From: Octopus sinensis
Taxonomy: Eukaryota
Direction of reading: 5' to 3'
DNA length: 64,000 bases
Assembly: GCF_006345805.1 (NCBI RefSeq)
Contig: NC_043015.1
Location: 12,834,001-12,898,000, forward strand
The notes beneath the pieces are model-generated. The model ran no database searches, was not told the origin of the DNA, and worked only from the letters and a program-made list of their open reading frames with translations. Below, in pieces: positions 1 through 13,054 of this stretch. The first letter of the stretch is position 1, and every line of letters begins with the position of its first letter. The position numbers were made by a program, and so were the translations under genes.

Positions 1-161
1 TCTAAAATCCATCCAAGTGTGAAAATATTTCTTGCAATAATTAGAGATTTCAAACTGTATAAGAGAGACAAAAAAATATAAACTGTGGATGGTTATGAAG
101 TAGAAGGTAGAACTTGTCATAGATCTTTGTTTCAATTTCAATATATACAAAATTACCTATA

Positions 162-562
162 TACTCTTTACTCTTTTACTTGTTTCAGTCATTTGACTGC
201 GGCCATGCTGGAGCACTGCCTTTAGTCGAGGAAATCGACCCCCAGGACTTATTCTTTGTAAGCCTAGTACTTATTCTATCAGTCTCTTTTGCCGAACTGC
301 TAAGTGACGGGGACGTAAACACACCAGCATTGGTTGTCAAGCAATGTTGGGGGGACAAACACAGACACACAAACATATACACACATATACATATATATAT
401 ACATATATACGATGGGCTTCTTTCAGTTTCCATCTACCAAATCTACTCACAAGGCTTTGGTTGGCCCGAGGCTATAGTAGAAGACACTTGCCCGAGGTGC
501 CACGCAGTGGGACTGAACCCGGAACCATGTGGTTGGTAAGCAAGCTACTTACCACACAGCCA
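162..562 (-). mobile_element. tRNA-headed SINE, family A (head, internal microsatellite, tail ending cagtcaaatgactgaaacaagtaaaagag), near full length
   Basis: The minus strand reads tggctgtgtggt (A-box-like) then gggttcagtccc (B-box-like), an internal (TA/CA)n tract and an (agtaaaag)n tail. At least 6 further copies occur in the window. Confidence 0.9.
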
Positions 563-1368
563 AGAATATTACTGACAGTGGTTTTGACATTTCTTTATGA
601 AGCCATGGTTATACTCCAAAGCAGACTATATAATGCAAGATTAACCTCAGCCTAACTGGCAAAAACTCTGAAGTCACTGTCAATAATATTCTTACTTGAT
701 CCCCCTCAAACTACATTGTTGCTGTGTGACTTGATTTACCAACCACATATTTTGGTACTAGTACTGGTGAGGTTATCCAGTAGCTTGCAATGTGATGGAT
801 GGAGCAGATTTATTGTAGTGGGAACATTGCAGAGGAGAGAATAACAGAGGAAACAGTATTAGGAGAGAGCCAAGTAATAACAGAAAATAGAAGAGAAGGG
901 AAGGGGAAGAGCAATGTCAAAGTTTGGTGTAAAGGAGGGAGGGAGAGAGAGAGAGTGTGTCACAGTAAAAGATAGCGGGGTGAGTGGGAAGCAGCATGAC
1001 CCCACATTATACATTGGAAGGTAAAGTGTTACATGCAGAAAAGATAATACAGGAGAGAAAGGGGGAAAGTAATATCAGGAAATGAGAGAGAGAGAGGGAG
1101 TGAGAGAGACACACAGAGACAAAGTCAGAAAGCAATAAAGGTGGATTGAGTAGGAATGAGTGCATATATATATATATACCTTATATAAGTACATATTATA
1201 TAAACAGACAACTGATAGAAAATGGAATGAACAACATTCTTTCTTTAAAATCACTACAATTGTTTCAACACATTTTTACATCTGTAATACATTGGTAGGA
1301 TGTGTAATTATCATACATCGAAGGTGTAAAATGAGTAGCATTCTACAAGGTTTTCATCTGAATCTCAA

Positions 1369-2294
1369 TGCTTGAAAGGTGCTCTTAACCTGCCACCAGC
1401 ACAGGTGCCAGTTACGTGACACCACCATCAGCCATGACTATGATTTCACTTGGTTTGACAGGTCTTCTCAAGTACAACATATCGCCAAAGGTCTCAGTCA
1501 CTAGTCATTGCCTCCATGGGGCTCAAAGTTCAAAGATCGTGCTTCACCAGTTCATCCCATGTCTTCCTTGGCTGACCTCTACCACAGGTTCCCTCCACAG
1601 TTAGAGATTGGCACTTCTTTACATAGCTGTCCTCATCCATATGTATCACATGACCACACTAGTACAGTCATCTCTCTTGCACACCACATCTGATGCCTCT
1701 TATGTCTAACTTTTCTCTCAAGATGCTTACACTCTGTCGAACATGCACACTGACATTGCACATCCAGCGAAGCATACTGGCTTCATTTCTTTCAAGCCTA
1801 CGCATGTCCTTGGCTGTTACAGTCCATGTTTCACTGCCGTGTAGTATAGCAGTTTGTACACAGGCATCATCCAATCAGCCTTTCACTCTGAGAGAGAGGT
1901 CCTTTGTTACCAGCAGAGGTAGGAGCTCTCTGAACTTTGCCCAACCTAATCTTATTCTCACAGCTATGCTCTTAGAGCATCCACCTCCACTACTAACTTG
2001 GTCACCTAGATAATGGAAGCTATCTACTACCTCTAGCTTTCGCCACTGGTAGTTGATGAAGTCTATTTTCTGCACATTTTCAACATTTATTGTACCTGTG
2101 CTTCTTCCACATACAAAAGCTAGTTTCCCTGTTAACCTTCCTCTGATGTTGCTACACCTTTTATGTGTCCACAACGATTTGTGATTTGTCTGCTTGCTTA
2201 CTCACTAAGATTTTAGTTTTTGCTAGGTTAACTTTAAGGCCCTTCGATTTTAGACCTTGTTTCCATACCTGGAACTTCTACTCTAGTTCTGGTA
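1369..2294 (-). mobile_element. RTE-clade LINE, 5'-truncated relic (end of RT, C-terminal region, start of 3' UTR)
   Basis: Minus-strand frames give KGLKVNLAKTK, LEVVDSFHYLGD, RIRLGWAKFRELLPLL, AILHGSETW, LERNEASMLRWMC and RGQPRKTWDELVKHDL, with stops and frameshifts. Confidence 0.9.
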
Positions 2295-2297
2295 TAC

Positions 2298-2710
2298 ATG
2301 TGTGCTGTGCTTACCTTGGATCGTGGGGGACGACTGCCGTGCTTGAGGAGACCTATTGAGTCAAGTACATCAACATCAAAATCAAAATCAAATGGAAATT
2401 GTAGTTGTGATACCCGTGCCATTGGCATGTCAATGCCAGCGCCACCTTGGCTGGCTTCCGTGCCAGTGGTACGTAAAAAGCACCAACCGATCGTGGCTGT
2501 TGCCAGCCTCCTCTAGCCCCTGTGCTGGTGATATGTAAAAAGCACCCACTATACTCATGGAATGGTTGGCGTTAGGAAGGGCATCCAGCTGTAGAAACAC
2601 TACCAGATCAGACTGGAGTCTGGTGCGGCCTCCTGGCTTCCCAGACCCCGGTTGAACCGTTCAACCAATTTCAAGCATGGAAAACGGACATTAAATGATG
2701 ATGATGATGA
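2298..2710 (+). mobile_element. RTE 3' UTR copy (tandem gtgcc-ggt-ggcac units, ggaagggcatccagctgtagaaa block, (ATG)n tail)
   Basis: Colinear with the 3' UTR that follows the RTE ORF at 59150-59707. Nearly the same variant lies at 37290-37735. Confidence 0.85.
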
Positions 2711-3530
2711 ATATAAATATACATGTATGTATAATTTATATATATATATATATACACACACACACATATAAAATGCACACACGCATGCAAATGTATATGT
2801 GTATATACACATTATTTCACAACACCTTACTAGTATCTATCTTAACAAGTACATTTATCCGGAACTAGCAATTAAAATAACTTAACCTAGATAGAAATAT
2901 TCAGGATTACTGGAAATTTCAACATCAGTGGGAATGTAGACAAATTATATTTCCCATGCATGGAGGGCAACTGTGGCCTTAAATCTGCATTAACATCAAA
3001 CAAGACCCAGATTGTTAGACTGGAGCATCACTTCTAGGAGAGAGAAAAAAGCTTAGCAACTCTCCCACTTCAGTTTGTGAGCACAAAAATATAAAAATCA
3101 ATATATCAGTTGATAAACTTGAGAGGAGACATGAAATAAAAACTGACATAGATCTCCTGCCAAGAAACATGGTAAAGTCCAACTTAGCATAATAATTGCA
3201 ACACCTACAATAGCTCAGTGAGAAAGGTACACATGGGCCTTGAAATGAAAAAAGGCCAATTGTAGAAAGAACAAACCACACTAAAAGACTGTTATGGAGC
3301 ACCAATAAGTTTGGAGCAGCTAATACTGAAGGTCACCTTTATGTAATATAGATACAAGAAATTCTTTTCCAAGAATTTAATATATAGAAAAGATAAAAAT
3401 CCTCAGCTGACAAGAAACGTAGGCAATGCAGAACCAAAACCAAAGTATCTCTAGATATTACCTTTCCCTGAGACATAATACTGTAGCCAGAGCAATCTAG
3501 AACATAGTGATGAAGAAAATATCAACAAAT

Positions 3531-3684
3531 ACAGGTGTGTCTGTGTGGTAAGAAGTTTTGCTTCCCAACCACATGATTCTGGGTTCAGTCCCACTGCATG
3601 GCACCTTGGGAAAGTGTCTTTAACTACAGCCCTAGGCCAACCTAAGCTTTGTGAGTGGACTTGGTTGATAGAAACTGAAAGAAG

Positions 3685-3717
<33 letters not shown>

Positions 3718-4027
3718 TGAGTGAGTGAGTGAGTGAGTGAGTGAGTGAGTGAGTGAGTGAGTGAGTGAGTGAGGAGTGAGGAGTGAGGAGTGAGGAGTGA
3801 GTGAGTGAGTGAGTGAGTGAGTGAGTGAGTGAGTGAGTGAGTGAGTGAGTGAGTGAGTGAGTGAGTGAGTGAGTGAGTGAGTGAGTGAGTGAGTGAGAGT
3901 GAGTGGTGAGTGAGTGAGTGAGTGAGTGAGTGAGTGAGTGAGTGAGTGAGTGTGAGTGAGTGAGTGAGTGAGTGAGTGAGTGAGTGAGTGAGTGAGTGAG
4001 TGAGTGAGTGAGTGAGTGAGTGAGTGA

Positions 4028-4093
<66 letters not shown>

Positions 4094-4305
4094 GTGCATG
4101 CATGTGCCTTTGTGTTTGGCTCACACCACTGCTAAGCAACCAGTGTTGATTTGTTTACATCCTTATAACTTAGTGGTTCAACAAAAGAGACTGACAGAAT
4201 AAGTACCAAGCTAAAAAAAAAAAGAGAAATCAGTATTAGGGCCAATTTGTTGACAAACTCTTAAAGGTAATGCCCCAGCATGGCCACGGACCAATGACTG
4301 AAATT
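3531..4305 (+). mobile_element. SINE family A with a greatly expanded internal microsatellite
   Basis: Head (gtctgtgtggtaag ... gggttcagtccc) at 3531-3685 and tail at 4095-4305 match the other family A copies. Confidence 0.85.
3686..4094. repeat. Compound microsatellite (GT)n-(GAGT)n-(GT)n-(GA)n, about 410 bp
   Basis: Read directly from the sequence. It is the source of the spurious HSLT-repeat ORFs. Confidence 0.98.
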
Positions 4306-5384
4306 GATATTGTAACTGATAGATCAAAAGATTAGTGGAACCTAAAACTGAAACCAGTAATAAAATTCAAATATAACTAACCTGATATTATTGTTTGGGA
4401 CCAAAAAAAATACAAACGTGTTCCGCTGTTATGCACTAGACATCAATGTGGTAGGAGAAATGAAAGGGGATGATAGTATCTAGAAATTGTTGAGAAGTAA
4501 CCTTCATATGCAAACCCAAAGTACATTTTTATCTGATACCTGTTATCATGAGAGCAACAAGACCAGTAAGAACGTGTGTAGATTTGTACATAGATTTTAG
4601 AAGAAAAGGTGTACGCATGTAATGGTGACAAAGAAGGCAACTATGATATTTGAAACAATAAAAGTTTGTAAGACCTTAAAATTCAAGGTGTGAATGGCTG
4701 CACCAAAGGCAAAAAAAAAAAAAGGACGACCATCTTTAACAAAAAGAAAGCTAGCCATGCAGAGGACACTTGGTGAAAATATATTCTAAAATGACTATCA
4801 GAAAGGGACACACACACACACACGCAGATAGACACTTGTGTGTGTGTGTATATATGTGAGAGAGAGAGAGAGAGAGAGAGGCATGCAGATACAAAATCAA
4901 TACAGAAATTGCCCCAATTACTAATTTAAATTAGCAGGAAGGAATATTTTTTTAATGAGATAAGTTGTGATTGATTTTTTAAAAATTAATCAATCATGGC
5001 TGTGTATCAATATGATGTTTCACAGGAATGCTGCAGATGAGCTGTAGAAACTAAATGCTGAAATAACATTTTTGTAACATTGGCATGAAGTTATAGATTT
5101 GTAAAATTGGAGCAAAGTTGATTAAAGAAATGACAGTATAGGCTTTGGATTTATTTTATCAACCCAGACCAAATGTCAGACAAAGTGTTTCTTCGCAGAA
5201 TTTTTGCTCGAAATGTAAAGGTTCAGAAAAAACCATCTAATCAGGTGCTCTAATGTTTCTAGCAAGGGTAAAAGTTTAGAAATGTAAGTAAACATTATAA
5301 ATGCTGAAATTCTCTGTACTTCATAGATGAGCTTATACTTTATAGCTTGTAAATAATTTTTCATCACTAATTCATATGAAAGCA

Positions 5385-5830
5385 CAGGTTGGTAGTGTGT
5401 TTAAGAAGCCTGCTCCCAACTATGTTGTCTCAAGTTCAATCCCACTGTGTAGCACCTTGGACAAGTGCTTTCTATTATTATCCTGAGCAAGCTAAAACCT
5501 TGGGAATGGATTTGGCAGACAGAAACTGAAAGTTGTGTGTGTGTGTGTGTGTGTGTGTATATGGATGTATGTGATGTGTGTGCATGCATATGTGTACATC
5601 CTTATCTTGCTATCATGTGATGGCTGTAAACAAGCACACCATCACACAAGTGATGTTGTTTGATTGCAGTCTTCTGTGGAAAAACATGTTTGGCCATGGG
5701 AAATATCACCTTGTTTGGAAACGGGTGAGGGTTGGTGACAGGAATGGCATCCAGCCATAGAAAAATCTGCTTTAACAAAATTCCATCTGACCCATGCAAG
5801 CATGGAAAAGTGAATGTTAAATGATAATGG
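5385..5830 (+). mobile_element. SINE family B: family A head and microsatellite, different body, RTE-type 3' tail
   Basis: Head as in family A, then ...ggtgagggttggtgacaggaatggcatccagccatagaaa...catgcaagcatggaaaagtgaatgttaaatgat. Confidence 0.8.
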
Positions 5831-6905
5831 TGGTTCTTACACATGCCAATAAACTATATAATCAAACATACGCATATTAGAGTATTTTCTTCTATTTTGA
5901 AATAAGCTAGGGCTGAAACAAAGAATTTATAAGTTTTGCTACACTAATCTTTGGAAATTATTTCAAATTTTTAACAATAAGAGAGGAAGGGAAAAGGGAG
6001 CTGGTAGTTAATGATGCTTAAACTTTTCATGCATTAATTCACTGTTTAATTGCAAAAATATATAAACTTGAGAGAAACATGGCTAGAAAACAAGTCGCTA
6101 ATATTACATGAGAAAAATTGAAGAATACCTACATCACTTTTAGCAAACCATAAGCAAATATAGAAAGATAAATTTCCTTTTGTAGAATTACAATGCACTA
6201 TAGAACATTGCACTCAAACATACTTGGCTATGAATAAGTATGCTGACTTGTTGCAGCAACATACAATGATAAAGTGGGTTAGTTTATAAAGTAATTATAG
6301 GCTGATGTTAGTTGATATAAACCAAGCATATCTACTTGTGAGTGCATTACAATACAATCATACAAAAACATGAGAGGGCACTTAAAAACATGTCCCAACT
6401 ACTTTATTTATTGGAAAAGTGATACTATGAGGTAGTAGGAAACCAATACATATTTCATTTTTAAGATGCAATGTAAGAGACAATGTATTGCTTTTATTAA
6501 AGCTTTATTATTTAGTGAGTCAAAAAAGAAATTTATAGTCTTAATGAAATATACCTTAATCAGTGCAGTGTGGATTTTTAGTAGTAATATAAATATCTCC
6601 TAAGCATTAAAGGTGTTGTGGGGAAGTACTTGAGAACCAGTTTACAGCTCCAGTTTCATGGTATGAAGCTTCTGAGAATTAAATCCCTCCTGGATAAGAT
6701 GTTTGTATATTAGAAGCAATAATCCCAGACGGTTTAATACTGGATAGTTACAAACATCGAAGTAGTGTAGAATGAAACATACTGATCAAAAACTCATTAA
6801 GAAGTGGTAGATTTCAATTCACAAGTAGGTAATCCAATACTGTATTTCACAGTTATTTTGTTTCTACCTCTTTCAATAGTAGAGTTTTTAGGAACGGAAT
6901 GTGGC

Positions 6906-7075
6906 AACATCATCATCATTTGGCATTCATCTTCCATGCCGGTGCGGTTGGACAGTTTGACAGGATCCAGTAAGCTGGATGACTACATTGAGCTCCAATG
7001 GCTGGTTTTGGTAGTGGGGGAGGTCACAGCTGGCTGCCCTCCCAAAACCCAACCACTCCACAGAGGGTACAGTGT
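6906..7075 (-). mobile_element. Diverged RTE 3'-tail fragment
   Basis: catcatcatcattt ... ttccatgcc ... ggttggacagtttgacagg matches the reverse complement of the RTE tail. Confidence 0.7.
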
Positions 7076-10000
7076 ACTTTTTTTTTGTGATACCAGAACA
7101 AGTGAAGGTTGCCATGTAACTTAAAATACGAAGCCTCCTGGAGAGAGACAATATAATATCAGGTGCTGAGAGGCTAAAGTATGATAGAGAGACAAGCTCA
7201 GGTGTCTTGCTATAGAAAAGATACATGGCTACCAGCATTAGGAGTTGATGGGTGTAGCTGGAAAGAAGATAGAGATGGTGGATCAGGCATTTGGAGTGTA
7301 AAAAGAGAGTGACAAGTAGTTATCGATGGGCATGGAGGTGAATGAAGCTGATGATAAACATCAGTATAAAGGACAAGGTAAAAGAAATAGCTCAAGAAGG
7401 AAGAGGTGATAAGAAGTGGGAAGAGAGCAGCAGTATAAGCTGTAGATAGATCAGAAAGTTGGGAAGGAGAGAGAGAGAGAGAGGGGGAAGACAAAGTGAA
7501 CTAGTTGTTGATCTAGACTACCTTACCAAAATTAATTTCACTTATTTTAACTCTAATTACCATTTTTAAGTTGGAATGATATTCAGATGTTTACCCCATT
7601 TTTGTTTCTTTCATCAGGTTTCAATGTCCTTACTTGCTAACCATAAATTTTTATCTCATACAAATCAGTTTATGATTCAAATTTCATTGATACTGAGATG
7701 TGCAATGTTAGTTGAGACAGTAAAATGCTGGACAACTTGGAAACAGTATAAGTACCAACAATGAAAGTAGCGTTCTCTATCTTAGGTGTTGATAAACTAT
7801 ATAACAATAATACACTGATTGAATTCAATCAGCTATGCCCGATCCTAGAAAAATTTACCTTGTCAAAAAGAAATCAATAAGAAAAATTTTCCCTTTGAAT
7901 AACAGATTAGTGTCAAGTTAAATATTTATTTATGTTTGCTAGTGTCTAACCTTTTGTAAAATTTCCATTTGGTAGAAATAAATCCTGTATAAATGAAGTC
8001 AATTGTATTTTAAGTTAAAATAAAATAATCAATATTGTTGTTTCAATTTAGGCAGATAATAATCAATAAAAAGCTTTTTCATTATGACATAATATATAAT
8101 GAATTGTGATAGTTAATTTAAAATATCTATAGGGTGGTTGTATAGTGACGTGTTGGATTTCATACAAAAATTTCTTTGAATGTAATCTTTTATATAAAAT
8201 TAACCTGACATGAATATTTTAAATATATTTTTACAAGATTTAGTAGTTTTATATGGTAAATAGTATTGAGTTAAGATATATCCTTTTCAGTTTGCTAGCT
8301 AGGATTTCTAACAAATCAAGTACATAAACAACTACTTTGTAATAAAACATCCTGCTCAGCTTAGATTCATAAATTTTAGTGAATTCTGAAGGGTATCTAA
8401 TATACAAGTAAAACCACTCAGGGCAAAGATACCAGTTACTTGTTACAGAAGTGATCCAATACGTTTTCTGAAATAATTGCTCGGTTTAGCCTTTATTAGG
8501 CCTGATAATGCCTAAACTTGACTTAGTTGGCCACTCTTATTACCAGCTGAATTCATATGCAGGCTGGGTTAATTTAGACAGTTTCATAAGGTTACTATAC
8601 TTTGGGATTTTCCAGAACTAAGGAATGTTATACTAATTATATCATTATAGTTTTTAATAGTCAACATCAGTTTCTGATCAACAGCTAGAAACTAAATTAG
8701 TGATGAGTATATGCAGAAAAACACAAATCACTTGTCTTTTATAACTTGAGAAGGTTTTTTATCATTTATAATTCTTAGCCACTTATAATTTGACATTTAG
8801 ATAGGTGTTAAATTTGGTTACATAAAAGGGGTACTGTTAGGATTCAAATTTCTAAATCATGTTCTAGGAATGATGTTTCCAATTACAATTCTCAATAATG
8901 AAAGACTATTATATTATCATTTCCAGTAAATATTCAACAATATAATATGGACAACAAATATGCTGGCATTATTAACTCATAATACTCCAAGATTTGAACT
9001 AGCAGAAAGACAGATACAACTTATTCACAAACACTAAGTAAATGGATATAGAAAAAATGTTTAATATTTATGTCCACCATGTTGAAACATTAAATAATAT
9101 TAGAATTTATAATTAAAAGGAAGCAAATTTATCAGTTTATAATCTGCTTTACTAATCTTCACGGAATCATTTTTTTTAGTTTACTACTTAGCAACACAAC
9201 TGTTTTAAAGTAGTAATTATTGAGAAACCTAAAGCTAAGTTGGTCTAACTGATAATATTGTACTATGGCTAGCCACAAAATACTTCTTAAAATACAATAT
9301 AGTACATTAAGTGCCTATAACTAGAAGCAGAAAAAATAATGCCAATCTCAGAAAACTAACAGACACATATGGTTTATTCATTGCCATTTTGATGTTATAC
9401 TTGATATTATATCAGATGTGATGCTGATATTAAACAGAGACACACACATACATGAAAGTAGTAAAATAATACTTTTATTGACTACTAAACTGACATTGAC
9501 ATGTTAACATGTTCTCTGATAATCCTATTTAAGATCTATGGTACTAGGGAGCTGGATCCTTAATATCAGTCCTGAGGAATTACAAAGCAATCAAAATTAA
9601 TATCAATACAATTATTGCAATTATTTTCAGTTTATTTATGTTGAATTTTTTAATATATTTGATTTTTGTGATTGTTATAGATTTATCGCTAAAATGCTTG
9701 TGCATAACTGGAGATTTATGTCACTTGAGGTATGAGGTTTTGTGCTGATGAGTACATGTGTAAAGTAAAAATATAAAATAATTTTTAACTAGCTTGAAGA
9801 AGGCAAAAAGATTGATATGCCTAAATTATGTTATATCAAGGAAAAAGTTTGAACTCATTGTCTTTAATATCAGAACAATGACTTTAAATAGTCATCCATC
9901 ACACACATTTAAAAAGTGTTGAAGTAACCAGTTTCCAGTACAAAAGTTATTCTTCCAATCTTCTACATAACTGGAATTTAATAGTGTAAAAAATAATCAT

Positions 10001-13000
10001 GATTTGCTCAAGCCTTGCTGCAAGTTATGATCAAAGGTAACAACAAAAATACTGAATTTCAAATTAAGAGTATAGGCAAAATGGTTAACAGAATATGATA
10101 TTTACAGAACTATCAGTTTAAGAACATGAATTCATTTCTAGTGTGTTCCTTGTGTCTCCAAACAGAACACTTAATTTGATGCTTGAAATCTATCTTTTAT
10201 CTAACCAATGGTTTTTAAACTAGAGTTAAGTGCCAGCCTTTATAAAACATCTGAAGAATTAGTGACAGACATTTTAAGAAATATATTTTAGGATAGTGAA
10301 ATAACCCAGTAATTATTTAAATCCCGATTAAGCTCAATTATATGAAACCTTTATTTCCTATCTAATTGATTATATTTAAAAGGCATTAACCAATAAGTGC
10401 TCTTGAAGATGTGAAAATCTTCAACAAGACACAGAATGTAAATTTTTCATGTAATAAATGGTCTCTATACATCATAAATCTAAACACTGTTGCTTTATGG
10501 GACTGAAGAGACTACTTCAAAAATGTAAATTGCTGTGTTGGTACTTCAGAAAAGAGGCAGTCAGTACTTCATGAAACATCTAAATGATGTTTCACATCTT
10601 ATTCAAATGTTAATTGGTAGATCATTGCTATAAGATATTAAGTGTCAGGTACTACATTTATAAATTTAAATTCCCACAGAACTAAGCTTTACAATCATAC
10701 AAAAAGAATAATAAAGATGAGAGAAATGCAACACATTTCTTTCTATTTGCTTATATTTTCATTTGAACAAAGAGCTCTGCCCAAACAATTGTTTTAGCTT
10801 CATCTTACAGTAAACCACTATAAATTTCTTTTGATTTTATTACCAATCAGATTTATACAGATGAAAACTATCCTTCATTAGTTATATATGCCAATCTATA
10901 TAAAACCACTCCTATTTTATGTTTGAATGCTCAGCACAGAATTTGGCTTTTCAGAAATAAAATACTGTTTCAATCCAACATGCAAATATCTAAACCTATA
11001 AAACCGTCTAAACCTAAATAAATAAAACACTAAATATCTAACTAGCCTTTTGTTTTATTATGGATCATGCTCTTACTAAATAACTGTTGGAATTTCATGA
11101 CTCTGCTTGCCTTAATTTACATATTAAAAACAGATTCAATTCCTTCTGATTATATGAATAGTTAATGTATATATGGGCATCCAGCTGTAAAAAACATGCA
11201 TCCAAATAAAAACCACTTTGTTCAAACCAGAAGTGCAAAACAAAAAAAACAAAAAAAAAAAGAATTGTGTTCGAGGCAAGGTTAATAGAAATTGCTCTAT
11301 CAGTAGTGTGCCAAACTAAATATAATCACATTTAGATTTGTTCATTCGTTTACATATTTACACCTTGCTCAACTTATGTTTGCTTTCAACTCCACTACAC
11401 AGGTTAATTAAATTAAATTTTGGCAATATAATGATGATGATGATGATTCTGATGACAATACTTCCTGTCTTACAAAAACTGACCTTGTACTCATTAGAAA
11501 AAAAAAAGAAAAATCAATATGCTTAGAGTGTAAAATGCTAAAGTCTTCATTGTATTAAAAGTAAATTGAAAGAGAGCTCATCTAATGTCTTCCAGATGAT
11601 CATGATGAAACAAGAAAAATACCCTTAAATTTGGGGACCCTATTTGATTAAATATTACACGTGAGAAGTAGTTTTATTAGGAAATTAAATTATATAAATA
11701 AATAAAATTTATGACCAAGATAGTTTAGAAAAACCAATTTAATGTCTCAAATTATTACATTTGTAATAGAATTGATAACTATACTGTTCTCTTTTGAATC
11801 GTTCAAAGTTGCTTTGGTATATATAATGTCATCTAATAGATTGCATCTATAATAAAACAGACTAGAGATCTATCTGCTGTTTTTGATAAGAAAAAAAGTA
11901 GCTTAATGACAGCTTCAGAACTTAGATTATTTACAAAAAGAAAAACATGCAGGTAAAACATGTTTAATAAAAAGATTAGTGTCTCTTCAATCATTCTCTC
12001 TGTAAAGGACACACAAAATCTGATATCTAAAGAATTCTAAAATATACATTTGATCAGTAAGAACTCTTCACCAACATACTACAACTACTGGTACACAAAA
12101 ACATTTTATTTCCTTTCTATCCCTATTACAATGGATTGCATTGTTGTAAACTGAACACCACTCCTTCTCATGCTCAACTAGTGCACATATTTCTCTTTCT
12201 TGCCTCCCACTCTGTCTTATCCACTTAATGAAATCAAATCAAATCCACACTAAATCCTTCCCATCCAGAACTGAAGCATTTGAGAACTCTCCCTTACTCA
12301 AAATTTTTCCTACAGATATCACAACCTTCAGAAGTTGAATATCAACCACATCAACTTCACTAGTCTATGAGTGTCTGCAAAGATTACAGTGATGTCTCTT
12401 TTTCTTCAATGATAAGAAACAAAAATGGAATACATACTTAAAAAATAATAATAAAACAGACAAATTAAGATGAATATTAAAAAAAAAGAAAAAGAAAAGG
12501 GAATCTAATGGGTTTTCAAAAATATGTCTTTTAGCCCAAAATTACTTACAGGACAGAAATCAAAATACCTAAATGAGTCATGGCATAATGATATTCCCCA
12601 TACTGGGTGTAAGTAAAAAATTTAACATTTTTACATAACATTCATACAAATAAAGGAAATATTGCCACTGGGATTGAAAGCAGACAATATATTATTTTTA
12701 AAGAGTGGGAGGTTAGTTATGTTTTTAGAAAGCTTTCAACTCAAATATTTTAATTATGAATGACTCCTAGGTGAAGGCATGTTTGTTTAATAACTGAATC
12801 AGCACTTCAGAAAAGATTGCCTTTATTGTTAAACTCTGAACTTATATTTAAAAAAAAAAAAAAAAAAAAAAAATTAGAAACTATATATAACTAAACCTAC
12901 CAGTAATTTATAAAGTGGGTAAAAGGAAGGGAGAGAGAAAGACAATGAAGGGGTAAATATTTAGGCTGGGGGGATTCTGTTCTTTGACATTATTAGTTGT

Positions 13001-13054
13001 GTACTCATATCTGAGATTTTAAATGTTTAAGCAATAGAGAAATATTTATTCTGT

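Larger units (their letters stand above)
3000..4693 (+). mobile_element. Degenerate R4/Dong-like non-LTR retrotransposon with restriction-like endonuclease, interrupted by the SINE at 3531-4305
   Basis: Broken plus-strand frames in the expected order: DIDLLPR, IQEILFQE (3352), DKKRRQCR, ISRYYLSLRHNTVARAI (3447), PDIIVWDQKK (4381), FRCYALDINV, LIPVIMRA, ETIKVCKTLKF (ending about 4690). Confidence 0.65.

Noticed and set aside
480-562. tRNA gene suggested by A/B boxes
   Set aside because: This is a SINE head: there is no complete cloverleaf and the same body follows in many copies.
3632-4139. 155-165 aa ORFs of HSLT/TH repeats
   Set aside because: They are translations of a (GAGT)n/(GT)n microsatellite inside a SINE.
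12849-12872. A-run of about 24 nt as a processed-pseudogene tail
   Set aside because: No upstream ORF, poly(A) signal or TSD.
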